From a virus (lineage: Duplodnaviria > Caudoviricetes), in IMG/VR virus record IMGVR_UViG_3300025103_000093, positions 1-31,671 of that record: DNA of 31,671 nucleotides. One strand, written 5' to 3'. The notes beneath the pieces were generated by a model. The model was not told the origin of the DNA and made no database searches. It saw only the letters and a list, made by a program, of their open reading frames with translations. The stretch's first letter is position 1, and each line of letters opens with the position of its first letter. Both the position numbers and the translations under genes were made by a program. Below, piece by piece: positions 1 through 7,431 of this stretch.

Positions 1-348
1 CGATTTGACATGTGGGAGCCTGCTACCTTCGGAATGAACAAGGCCATGCAGTATGAGGAGGCTAAGGCAATTTATGGAAATAACATCAGGAGGGCTTTTA
101 CTTACAAAGCCTTAAATAGATTGATCCAAGGATCTGCCGCTGATCAAACAAAACAAGCTATGATTAATTGTTACAAGGCTGGTTATAAACCTTTATTACA
201 AATTCATGACGAACTTTGTTTTTCAATTGATAAAGAATCTGACGTTCAAGGTGTAAAAGACATTATGGAAAATGCTATAGACACATTAAAAGTACCATCA
301 AAAGTTGATATTGCATTAGGAAAATCTTGGGGCGAAGCTAAAGAATAA
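1..348 (+). CDS. polA: DNA polymerase family A, C-terminal fragment (5'-partial; frame open from base 1)
   Basis: KALNRLIQGSAADQTK and LLQIHDELCF (motif C, HDE); ends IALGKSWGEAK as phage PolA proteins typically do. Confidence 0.93.
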   Translation, partial: RFDMWEPATFGMNKAMQYEEAKAIYGNNIRRAFTYKALNRLIQGSAADQTKQAMINCYKAGYKPLLQIHDELCFSIDKESDVQGVKDIMENAIDTLKVPSKVDIALGKSWGEAKE

Positions 349-397
349 TTTAGAGCGCAGTATCCTTAGGGAAAAATTTAATTTTTTTTAAGCTAGT

Positions 398-586
398 CTA
401 GCTAGCTATATCTAGAAGACCTAATTTTGCGTCTTCAACACTTTGATCATTAATCTTTTTTCTTAAATCTTTGATCTCTATATCAATCCACTTCATATCT
501 GGAGTAACTCTACCCTGTTCCAACGCTTGCGTTGCCCACTTGGACTCCAACTGAAGCTTCTCCGATATTAACTTTTGTAGGGCCAT
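398..586 (-). CDS. hypothetical protein (62 aa, helical/coiled-coil)
   Basis: ATG preceded by GAGGT SD on the minus strand; protein-like heptad composition; overlaps the 3' end of 510..776. Confidence 0.7.
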   Translation of the reverse strand: MALQKLISEKLQLESKWATQALEQGRVTPDMKWIDIEIKDLRKKINDQSVEDAKLGLLDIAS

Positions 587-776
587 CTCGGTTTACCTCT
601 TCGAAGGTTAAGAATAAAAAGTTAGGATCCTCAAACCCAGCACCTTCAATCTCTTTTACTTCTCCTGAATCAACCTTCTTTACAAAACATTCAAGAGCGG
701 TCTTATCATCATCAGCGCTAACGATCTCATCAAGATACACATTTTTGTATTTTACTTGGATACGATAGTGCTTCAT
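510..776 (-). CDS. hypothetical protein (88 aa)
   Basis: ATG lies 5 nt after a minus-strand TATAAT; plausible beta/alpha composition. Confidence 0.65.
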   Translation of the reverse strand: MKHYRIQVKYKNVYLDEIVSADDDKTALECFVKKVDSGEVKEIEGAGFEDPNFLFLTFEEVNRDGPTKVNIGEASVGVQVGNASVGTG

Positions 777-781
777 AAGGT

Positions 782-811
782 ATTATATATCAATTTGTGA
801 CATGATTGCAA
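782..811 (-). promoter_or_regulatory. sigma70-like promoter, probably giving a leaderless transcript
   Basis: minus strand TTGCAA(811-806)-18 nt-TATAAT(787-782)-ACCTT-ATG(776). Confidence 0.55.
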
Positions 812-1084
812 CTATGTAGTCACCTTTGGTTTAGGTTTAGGTATTACTGGTTTTGGGACTTGTATTTGTCTGCACTCAAATTTAACAACAATCTTGTTTT
901 TTTCTACGTATTCCTTATCAAATTGTTCAGTTTCTTCTAATGATTTAAACGTGCCATGAGCTACTCTATAGCCATATTCTACACAATCGTAGTGTGATGT
1001 GAACGTAAAACCAGGTATATGATGATTAGGGCAATCATTGGTTATCATACTGCACATGTACATAACTAATATAAATTTTGTCAT
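812..1084 (-). CDS. small Cys-containing hypothetical protein, possibly exported
   Basis: hydrophobic N-terminus FILVMYMC, four Cys, Pro/Lys-rich tail. Confidence 0.7.
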   Translation of the reverse strand: MTKFILVMYMCSMITNDCPNHHIPGFTFTSHYDCVEYGYRVAHGTFKSLEETEQFDKEYVEKNKIVVKFECRQIQVPKPVIPKPKPKVTT

Positions 1085-1087
1085 AAT

Positions 1088-1146
1088 ATCCTATATTATC
1101 CTAGCTTATTATTTACTTGCATATCCCATTAAAATGTTTATATAAA
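1088..1146. promoter_or_regulatory. divergent promoter region with ATCYYAT-type boxes
   Basis: TTGCAT(1117-1122) with TATA-like -10 at about 1139-1146; ATCCTAT 1088, ATCCTAG 1098, ATCCCAT 1123; lies between divergent genes. Confidence 0.5.
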
Positions 1147-1179
1147 GATACACAATAATAATAACAAAGAGGAGGCCAA

Positions 1180-1443
1180 ATGGCAACCACAACAAAATGT
1201 GATTCACAAGTGTTCAAGGATTGGAGTGAAAAAGTAGATAATATTTTATCACGGCTACCGAAAACTGACGTAAGTGGAGAACCACTAGAGTATCAAGACG
1301 ATGCTTACCAAGAAGTTATGAAGATGTTGCAGCAGTGTTCAATGAACTTTGAAGACATGCCTATATATCCAATTAACGAAACCATTGCTAATAAACTAAT
1401 ACAAGATCAACAGATGGGGGCCGATGAAAGACCTGATATTTAG
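1180..1443 (+). CDS. hypothetical acidic protein (87 aa)
   Basis: strong SD GAGGAGG before ATG. Confidence 0.8.
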   Translation: MATTTKCDSQVFKDWSEKVDNILSRLPKTDVSGEPLEYQDDAYQEVMKMLQQCSMNFEDMPIYPINETIANKLIQDQQMGADERPDI

Positions 1444-1531
1444 TATGATGTTTATTGCATTGTTAACTATTATCCCAGCAAAGATATTATTATTTATTTT
1501 TGCATCTGTGGGATATTTAATGTTCTACTAA
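1424..1531 (+). CDS. 35-aa membrane microprotein MKDLIFSMMFIALLTIIPAKILLFIFASVGYLMFY (not in ORF track)
   Basis: my translation; GGGGG SD-like element upstream; fills the gap between 1443 and 1548. Confidence 0.6.
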   Translation: MKDLIFSMMFIALLTIIPAKILLFIFASVGYLMFY

Positions 1532-1547
1532 CCAAGGAGGAAAAGAT

Positions 1548-2336
1548 ATGAACAAAGCTATAAATAATAAATTTTTTGAAACTACTGATTATAGTAAATT
1601 CAAAAAGACTAGAGGTAATAGACCTGTAGACGAAGCACACGTGCAACAACTTAAAAAGTTAATTGCAGAAAAAGATTTGTACGATCCAATTCGTGTAAAT
1701 AAAAATCTAGAAGTTGTTGATGGCCAACACACGCTGGAGGCCAGAAAACAATTAGATCTAAAGATTCCATATATTATTATGGACTCTGATGATCCATTAG
1801 ATGTAGCAAGACTTAACACAGGTCGTAAGAACTGGTCTATGGAAAATTATTTAGATCAACACTGTGCGAGAAATAAAATGGACTATCGAATTGTTCGAAA
1901 CAAAATGCAACAGTACGGAATTAATGTTGCAGAGATGGTAGTGCTTTTGTTAAAACAAACTTCACTGTGGTCAAGAATCAGTAATGATTTTAAAACAGGA
2001 CGATTTGTAATTCCTGCAGGAGGTATTGAACATACCGATCGTATTGGATCACAATTGATGCAACTTAAAAAATATTTCTATGGTATGGAATCTACAAAGA
2101 ATAAAAGATTCAAACGTTCCATGGTGGTGTCTTATATTGTTGCTGACAAACACCCTAAGTTTGATCATAGAAGATTTAAAACTGCTTGTAAGAGTAAATC
2201 TTCATGGTTTTTGACAGGTACATCTACTGCTGATTACATAGCGATCATTGAACGTATTTATAATGCAGGACTGACTCAAAAAAATAAAATAAATTTAGTT
2301 GAGTTTTATAAAACTAAAGAGTATCAAGACAAATAG
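1548..2336 (+). CDS. ParB/Sulfiredoxin-fold (DGQH-type) protein
   Basis: GNRPVDEAHVQQL...PIRVNKNLEVVDGQHTLEA...LNTGRKNWS; SD AAGGAGG. Confidence 0.8.
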   Translation: MNKAINNKFFETTDYSKFKKTRGNRPVDEAHVQQLKKLIAEKDLYDPIRVNKNLEVVDGQHTLEARKQLDLKIPYIIMDSDDPLDVARLNTGRKNWSMENYLDQHCARNKMDYRIVRNKMQQYGINVAEMVVLLLKQTSLWSRISNDFKTGRFVIPAGGIEHTDRIGSQLMQLKKYFYGMESTKNKRFKRSMVVSYIVADKHPKFDHRRFKTACKSKSSWFLTGTSTADYIAIIERIYNAGLTQKNKINLVEFYKTKEYQDK

Positions 2337-2344
2337 GAGAAACA

Positions 2345-2554
2345 ATGGACGTAAACAAATGGAAATCAATTGCTGTTGATATCGAATCATACACAATTAT
2401 TAGGGCAATGGGTGCAAATGGCCTTAGAAACCCAGGCAACATGATTAAAAAAATGGTTAGCGATTCTATAAAAAAGATTGCTAAAAAAGAAGGTGTTGCT
2501 GAACCTAAGATGAAAGAGAATTTATTGACTCAAGGAAAGAAACTCTTGAAGTAA
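2345..2554 (+). CDS. putative ribbon-helix-helix DNA-binding protein (69 aa)
   Basis: alternating strand KWKSIAVD followed by two helices (ESYTIIRAMG, NPGNMIKKMV); SD AGGAG. Confidence 0.6.
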   Translation: MDVNKWKSIAVDIESYTIIRAMGANGLRNPGNMIKKMVSDSIKKIAKKEGVAEPKMKENLLTQGKKLLK

Positions 2555-2578
2555 TAATAAACATCACTGATGTTGGAT

Positions 2579-2604
2579 AAGGGCCGCGAGAGTGGCCCTT
2601 TTTT
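2579..2604 (+). terminator. Rho-independent terminator
   Basis: AAGGGCCGC-GAGA-GTGGCCCTT stem with GNRA loop, followed by a T-run. Confidence 0.9.
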
Positions 2605-2606
2605 AT

Positions 2607-2634
2607 TTGACTTAGATCAATAAATAGTTATTAA
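2607..2634 (+). promoter_or_regulatory. sigma70-like promoter
   Basis: TTGACT-16 nt-TATTAA directly after the terminator. Confidence 0.45.
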
Positions 2635-2739
2635 TTAAATAGTATTCCTAAGCCTAAATGAAATAAGTGGGGCTTTCAAAACACTTTATTTTCATAGAAC
2701 AACGAAACTCAAATTTAACTTTAATTTAAGGATTTATTT

Positions 2740-2991
2740 GTGGGCAAAGCTATTAAGAAAAGTAGTGAAGAAGCATTAAACCATGCGTTGGACAAGCTAG
2801 TGATGGTGTGTCCAAATAAGAAGACGTATGATGAGTTAACAAGTTTAATGTTTCAGTTGTATTGTGGAAATGACTTTGGTTTAGGAAATTTCAGTCTTTC
2901 TTTTCTCGACAAAATCGAGGATAGATGGCGATCAGGACGTAAATCGGTAGCGAAAGCTAAAGGTTTAACTCTGGTTGTTAAAAATGCTTAA
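2740..2991 (+). CDS. hypothetical protein (83 aa, GTG start)
   Basis: SD AAGGA at 2728-2732; ORF track. Confidence 0.75.
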   Translation: MGKAIKKSSEEALNHALDKLVMVCPNKKTYDELTSLMFQLYCGNDFGLGNFSLSFLDKIEDRWRSGRKSVAKAKGLTLVVKNA

Positions 2992-3032
2992 CCACGGTGT
3001 AATTTTTCCATATCGATATCTTTTCCCGCATC

Positions 3033-3275
3033 GTGGTTATGCAAATGAGTACCAAAAAAGCTAGGGGATTACTTAAAGATTCAATCATATTATTGGACCT
3101 GATGACAGGTGAGGATAGAATGAACTACCTTGAGCGCATGTGGAATTTGTATTTCAGAGTGTACGAGAAGAAATCTATTAGAGTTACAAGAAATAAAAAA
3201 TCTAAAACTTTTTTAATGGATAAGAAGAAAGCCTATGACTTGTGCTCCCAGCTTACTCAAATTTTTGGGCATTAA
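3033..3275 (+). CDS. hypothetical basic protein (start may be 3039 or 3045)
   Basis: ORF track; fills the gap in a co-oriented gene run; no clear SD. Confidence 0.6.
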   Translation: MVMQMSTKKARGLLKDSIILLDLMTGEDRMNYLERMWNLYFRVYEKKSIRVTRNKKSKTFLMDKKKAYDLCSQLTQIFGH

Positions 3276-3660
3276 ATTGAGTTTAGAGATTGTAAAACCT
3301 AAAGCTTTTGCAGAACAGCGATTGTTTCAGGCAATACTTGTCCAGGCGTTGGAGGACGCTGTAAATCCATCTGGTTTTAAGAAAGAGACATATTACAAGC
3401 ATGATTCTCATAAGTGGTTTGTTAGTAATAGTATAGAATTTCAAGACATATGTTGGGGTGCTGACATGGATCCTGAGTTTGTACGTGGTGAGTATATGAA
3501 AATGGTAGATAGTGGAAAAATTTTTTTTACAAAATTACAGGTATCCTGGATTAAGTATCGAGATTTATATAAAAGGTATCGGGAGTGTAATACTAAGGAG
3601 GAAAGAAGAATTATTAAGAAATTGATATTGAAAGAGAATTTAAAAAGATTAGAGGACTAG
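3235..3660 (+). CDS. conserved phage hypothetical protein, possible transcription regulator (start may be TTG 3265)
   Basis: EQRLFQAILVQALEDA...WF...FQDICWGADMDPEFVR pattern that I recall from many phages. Confidence 0.75.
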   Translation: MTCAPSLLKFLGIKLSLEIVKPKAFAEQRLFQAILVQALEDAVNPSGFKKETYYKHDSHKWFVSNSIEFQDICWGADMDPEFVRGEYMKMVDSGKIFFTKLQVSWIKYRDLYKRYRECNTKEERRIIKKLILKENLKRLED

Positions 3661-3839
3661 TCATGGGGGTCGAATGTGTTTGACTCCTGGAGGAAAACAT
3701 AGGGAGCAATTCCTCGAAAAACCTCCAGAAGTAATTAACCAATTGTGAATGAACACAGCTGAACTGTATCAGAATAACGGATACCGGACAATGGAAATAT
3801 TTACTATATAGATTATCTAGACCCCTGAGCAATAAAAAG

Positions 3840-3963
3840 TACCCCCGGGGGTAAAAGAGGTGTCCCTGCTGTCCCTGTAGACTATTATTCAATTATACCA
3901 ACACTTCTAATCAATTTAGTACTGTCCCTGTGGTGTCCCTGTGGTGTCCCTAAGGGACACCAC
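3840..3963. repeat. TGTCCCT / GTGGTGTCCCT iteron-like repeats with palindromes
   Basis: TGTCCCT at 3861, 3870, 3923, 3934, 3945; perfect 11-bp inverted repeat 3941-3951/3953-3963; 14-bp palindrome TACCCCCGGGGGTA 3840-3853. Confidence 0.9.
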
Positions 3964-4033
3964 TCTTGCGGGAACGCTATCGAAACTTTTTGGGGCTATT
4001 ACTTTACGATGAAATAATCTATATAATAGAAAT

Positions 4034-4228
4034 ATGCGAAAACAATTATTTATGTTAGCTAAGGATAGAGTTAAAAAACTATTCCCTGGAAATAAGGAAA
4101 AACAAAAACTATATACTGATGAGTATGATAGTGCAAAAATACATATGTCTCATACATCTGCTGATAGTTATGCAAGAGGTGAAGTGAGAAGAATATTTAC
4201 ACCAAAAAAACCTAAAGGTAGAAAGTAA
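4034..4228 (+). CDS. hypothetical basic protein (64 aa), probably leaderless
   Basis: TATAAT at 4022-4027, ATG 6 nt later; TAATG coupling to terS. Confidence 0.7.
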   Translation: MRKQLFMLAKDRVKKLFPGNKEKQKLYTDEYDSAKIHMSHTSADSYARGEVRRIFTPKKPKGRK

Positions 4229-4758
4229 TGCCTGGTGGACTTAAAAAGAAATCATTAAGAACTGAATTAGATTTAACTCCAAAACAAAAAATGTTTGTTG
4301 AAATCTATGTTGCTGATTGGGGTAGCATAACACAAGCTGAAGCTCTTAAACGTGCAGGCTATGTTTGTACTAATGAAAAAGATTATGGATCTGTTGCATC
4401 TAGAATGTTATCTAGAAAACACAGTCCTCATATAGCAAACTACTTTGATAAGTTGTTTGAAAGAGAAGTAAAAAAATACACAAGTGACAACCTTAGAAGA
4501 TATAAAAGGTTAGAAAGAATTGCTGACAAAGCAGAGAAAGAAAAACAATTCGCTGCTGCTATTAACGCTGAGTATAGATCTGGTCAATTGGCCGGTGCTT
4601 ATGTTGATCGTAAAGAAGTAACTGTTAGTGGTTTGGAGGGTATGTCACGTGAGCAACTTGAAAAAAAGCTCGAGGAACTATCAAACAAGATCGATGGATT
4701 CAATGCCAAAACGATCGAAGTTGAGTCCGAAGACGTTACAGCAATTGAAGAGGGCTAG
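4228..4758 (+). CDS. terS: terminase small subunit
   Basis: LTPKQKMFVEIYV...QAEALKRAGY HTH; AAAINAEYRSGQLAGAYVDRKEV oligomerisation helix. Confidence 0.88.
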   Translation: MPGGLKKKSLRTELDLTPKQKMFVEIYVADWGSITQAEALKRAGYVCTNEKDYGSVASRMLSRKHSPHIANYFDKLFEREVKKYTSDNLRRYKRLERIADKAEKEKQFAAAINAEYRSGQLAGAYVDRKEVTVSGLEGMSREQLEKKLEELSNKIDGFNAKTIEVESEDVTAIEEG

Positions 4759-4838
4759 TTGGTCTGAGTGGTTAGATGTTTTTAACCAAGTACATAACTC
4801 TACAATAACTACTTCAGTTGGTAAAATTAAGGTAAAGA

Positions 4839-5165
4839 TTGATGATTAAAAAAAAGAGACAACAATCTAAAATATTAAACTTTGATTTTAAAAATCTCGG
4901 TAATGTAATTGATGATTATCCATTTGTTGAGATAGAGTGGTTGGACATCGAAGGTGATGCTGGTTGGAGCAGCACAAAAGATTTAAGCAAAGAACAATTA
5001 CCTGTATGTGTATCAAAGGGTTACTTACTTAGTCAAAAGAATGGGATTACGAGGATATTTAGTGATTACATTAAGTCTAAGGATAAACCAACGTTTGACA
5101 ATATTGGTGCAACAACTATTATTCCAACAGCAGTAATTAAATCAATTAGGAAAATAAAATTATAA
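4839..5165 (+). CDS. conserved phage hypothetical protein (108 aa)
   Basis: VEIEWLDIEGDAGW...CVSKGYLL...IPTAVIKSI pattern common in phages. Confidence 0.8.
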   Translation: MMIKKKRQQSKILNFDFKNLGNVIDDYPFVEIEWLDIEGDAGWSSTKDLSKEQLPVCVSKGYLLSQKNGITRIFSDYIKSKDKPTFDNIGATTIIPTAVIKSIRKIKL

Positions 5166-5180
5166 TTAACTTACTTAATC

Positions 5181-5588
5181 ATGTCTAATAAAAATGGGGA
5201 AACTAGGCTATGGCAAAAGGTAAAAAAAGGACTGACTGATTGCTTTCTAACTCGCGTAGAATCTAGCACAATCAATGGTATTCCTGACATTCATGCTGTA
5301 ATGAGTAATGAAGTTTTTTGGATGGAATTAAAATCAGATTCGTTAAGTTATCCGAAGCTAAATAAGTGGCAGATTGTTTGGATCAACAAGTATATCATGG
5401 CTGGTGGTAAAGTTATTATCTTGGGTGAGACCCCTTTGAAGAGAACCCTTAAACTGTACAGACCGGTGTCCGTTTTCACTGATGCTCGTTCCCTCGTCCC
5501 GTTTGCCTCGTTCTCGTTCCCGTTACAATGGCCACTGGTCCAGCGCAGGATGCTAACGGAGCTGGGATCTCCTTCAGAGGCAGCGTAG
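5181..5588 (+). CDS. PD-(D/E)XK nuclease, Holliday-junction resolvase / VRR-NUC-like
   Basis: ETRLW...RVE...GIPDI...FWMELKS...WQIVW...GG. Confidence 0.85.
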   Translation: MSNKNGETRLWQKVKKGLTDCFLTRVESSTINGIPDIHAVMSNEVFWMELKSDSLSYPKLNKWQIVWINKYIMAGGKVIILGETPLKRTLKLYRPVSVFTDARSLVPFASFSFPLQWPLVQRRMLTELGSPSEAA

Positions 5589-5783
5589 CTCTCGTTCTCG
5601 TGCCCTGGCCACTGATCTTTTCCCTCTTTGTTTGATCAGTGGCCTGGGGACCAGCAGCAGGTGAAGCTCTCGTTTCTCGTTCTCGTTTACTGGATAAATC
5701 TCGTTCTCGTTTACTGGCCACTGGTGAGCCCCCGCAGCGTCAGCTTCAGGGGGGTGAAGACTGGGATCAGGAGAACTTTGTGG

Positions 5784-5812
5784 TTGACAGGTATCCCATG
5801 ATGTCGTATGGT
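5784..5812 (+). promoter_or_regulatory. strong sigma70 promoter (early-type)
   Basis: TTGACA-17 nt-TATGGT; first 16 nt identical to the promoter at 6025. Confidence 0.8.
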
Positions 5813-5833
5813 CAGACAAACAAAGGAGAATAT

Positions 5834-6028
5834 ATGGCAATAGATTTCGATGCACTGGATCTCGTTCGAGGCGAGAACAAATCTCGTTCTTACAACACTA
5901 AGTTAGATGGGCTCCAGCAGCAGGTGACTGAGCTCACCACGCTGGTAGCTCAGATGGTAAAAGAACTTCCTATGGAAAAGAAATGGTCGTTTGAAGAAAG
6001 ATTAAAAAAAATCAAAGAAAGGCCTTGA
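5834..6028 (+). CDS. hypothetical coiled-coil protein, 64 aa (true start of the track ORF 5639..6028)
   Basis: SD AAAGGAGA at 5822-5829; ATG 5834 lies downstream of the promoter. Confidence 0.8.
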   Translation: MAIDFDALDLVRGENKSRSYNTKLDGLQQQVTELTTLVAQMVKELPMEKKWSFEERLKKIKERP

Positions 6029-6053
6029 CAGGTATCCCATCGTGTCTTATATG
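6025..6053 (+). promoter_or_regulatory. strong sigma70 promoter (early-type)
   Basis: TTGACA-17 nt-TATATG; shares TTGACAGGTATCCCAT with 5784. Confidence 0.8.
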
Positions 6054-6079
6054 TAGTTCGTTAACCAAAGGAGAACTAC

Positions 6080-6265
6080 ATGATAAGTAAAAAACTAATA
6101 CAGCAGATGAACAATTATTATGATCAAGAGTATATCAAAGATGGATCTAAGCCCAAAGAAGATAAACCTGAAGAAGGCAAAGTATACGCACTGACCGGTG
6201 GCTCGGGCACGCGCTGCATTGCCAACGGAAATACATGGAAAGAGTCAGAGGTGAAGGATGACTGA
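6080..6265 (+). CDS. hypothetical protein (61 aa)
   Basis: SD AAAGGAGA; downstream of a promoter. Confidence 0.75.
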   Translation: MISKKLIQQMNNYYDQEYIKDGSKPKEDKPEEGKVYALTGGSGTRCIANGNTWKESEVKDD

Positions 6266-6620
6266 TGAACTGAAGGAGTGGTACCTAATGCCAAGCATCA
6301 AGGAATGCCTCGCTGAGTATCAGAAGCAGGATATAGGATTAATTGCAGACATTGCTAAGCACGGCTGCTCAGGAGGTGTCGCTGGTATTACGTATTACTC
6401 AGAAACAATTGCGTTTCATGATCACCATCAGGAGGAGATCTGGCAGCTGGTCCAGGATCACGCGGATGCAGCTGGCCTGAAGAAGGGTGAGTTTCTACAA
6501 CACATATCCGAAGACCCAACCTCGCTTACTGGACTAGTTAATGATCTCGTTTGGTGGACGGTTAAAGTTCGGGCCCAGGAGCTGCATGAACTGGTACCTG
6601 CAGCTGGAGCTTCCATATGA
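6258..6620 (+). CDS. acidic early-type phage hypothetical protein
   Basis: DIAKHGCSGGVAGITYYSETIAFHDHHQEEIW pattern that I recall from phage early regions; SD GAGGTG. Confidence 0.85.
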   Translation: MTDELKEWYLMPSIKECLAEYQKQDIGLIADIAKHGCSGGVAGITYYSETIAFHDHHQEEIWQLVQDHADAAGLKKGEFLQHISEDPTSLTGLVNDLVWWTVKVRAQELHELVPAAGASI

Positions 6621-6718
6621 GTTTCGTTGTCGTTTGGCTGTGCCTTTTGTTTATGTTTCCTGGTATCACATTAGCTGGCACTGGGATCCTGATGCTCTCG
6701 CTCGTTGGTATTCTTTGA
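6617..6718 (+). CDS. 33-aa hydrophobic microprotein MSFVVVWLCLLFMFPGITLAGTGILMLSLVGIL (not in ORF track)
   Basis: ATGA overlap with the upstream stop; GGAG SD at 6606-6609. Confidence 0.6.
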   Translation: MSFVVVWLCLLFMFPGITLAGTGILMLSLVGIL

Positions 6719-6917
6719 TGCACCACATGTCGTCTCGTTTAGAAAGGTGAGCCCCCTGCGCAGAAGCTACTGATGGAGTGAAGGACTGGCGCTGGAAACT
6801 CTGGTGGTAAAGCTCGGTCTCGTTTGAAGTAATGGATAATGTGGTACATAGACTACTATGGAGTTTGGCACCCAGCAGGAGAAACTGCTGTGGTATGAAG
6901 AATGGTAAGGTTGCTAG

Positions 6918-6934
6918 TTTAGAATAATTCTAAA
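6918..6934. promoter_or_regulatory. palindromic operator matching the alphaproteobacterial Irr iron control element (ICE)
   Basis: TTTAGAA-TAA-TTCTAAA, exact match to consensus TTTAGAA-N3-TTCTAAA; 9 nt upstream of a -35 element. Confidence 0.65.
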
Positions 6935-6943
6935 AGATAATTG

Positions 6944-6972
6944 TTGCATTAGTATATAAGATACGATAAGAC
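6944..6972 (+). promoter_or_regulatory. sigma70-like promoter with ATAAGAY boxes
   Basis: TTGCAT-17 nt-TAAGAC; ATAAGAT 6956 and ATAAGAC 6966. Confidence 0.55.
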
Positions 6973-7002
6973 ATTAGAATTAATCAACAAAGGAGAAAAG
7001 TT

Positions 7003-7431
7003 ATGGGATTAGATCAACACGCACACCTTCGAGGTCAAAAGGTAGATTGGGAACAATACTATTCTGATGATGATTACGGAGATAAAGCAAATGTTTTTGT
7101 GTGGAGAAAACACGCAAGACTTCAACAGTTCATGGCAAAGAAGTGGGACGAACAAAACTCACACCATAAACATGAGGGAATGCTCTCAAGTTTAGGTTTT
7201 AATTCTGATTGTGATGCCCCTGTATATATAACTCAAGAGGTGGCTAAAGAGTTAGCCGAACAAATACAAGAGGGCTTTAAGGATTACAAAGCAGAAGATG
7301 GATTTTTCTGGGGGCAACAGTTCCAAGAGGAAAGCGTCAAGGAGTACAAGGAACAAGATATCAAGTTCCTTAAATTCTGTGAGCAATCTATCAACGAGAG
7401 TAAGGTCGTTGAATATTGGTGTAGTTGGTAA
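7003..7431 (+). CDS. conserved phage hypothetical protein (MGLD...WRK...GFFWG...YxCSW family)
   Basis: SD AAAGGAGA; recognisable motif set; acidic. Confidence 0.88.
   Translation: MGLDQHAHLRGQKVDWEQYYSDDDYGDKANVFVWRKHARLQQFMAKKWDEQNSHHKHEGMLSSLGFNSDCDAPVYITQEVAKELAEQIQEGFKDYKAEDGFFWGQQFQEESVKEYKEQDIKFLKFCEQSINESKVVEYWCSW

Noticed and set aside
393-415. four CTAG copies at the convergent gene junction
   Set aside because: short, includes a stop codon, no recurrence as an array; cannot be distinguished from chance
3614-3892. 92-aa minus-strand ORF
   Set aside because: antisense to a + gene run, crosses palindromes and repeats, atypical composition, no SD
4628-4849. 73-aa ORF overlapping terS
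   Set aside because: mostly an alternate frame of terS; only a short TTG-start version (4745..4849) is possible and I cannot support it
5485-5717. CRISPR array or mini-array
   Set aside because: repeats are 6-19 bp and irregularly spaced; no constant 23-47-bp repeat with unique spacers; no cas genes
5476-5855. minus-strand ORFs 5476..5721 and 5574..5855, and the 5639 start of the + ORF
   Set aside because: ER/RE/NE-rich translations are by-products of the CTCGTT repeats; promoter and SD support ATG 5834
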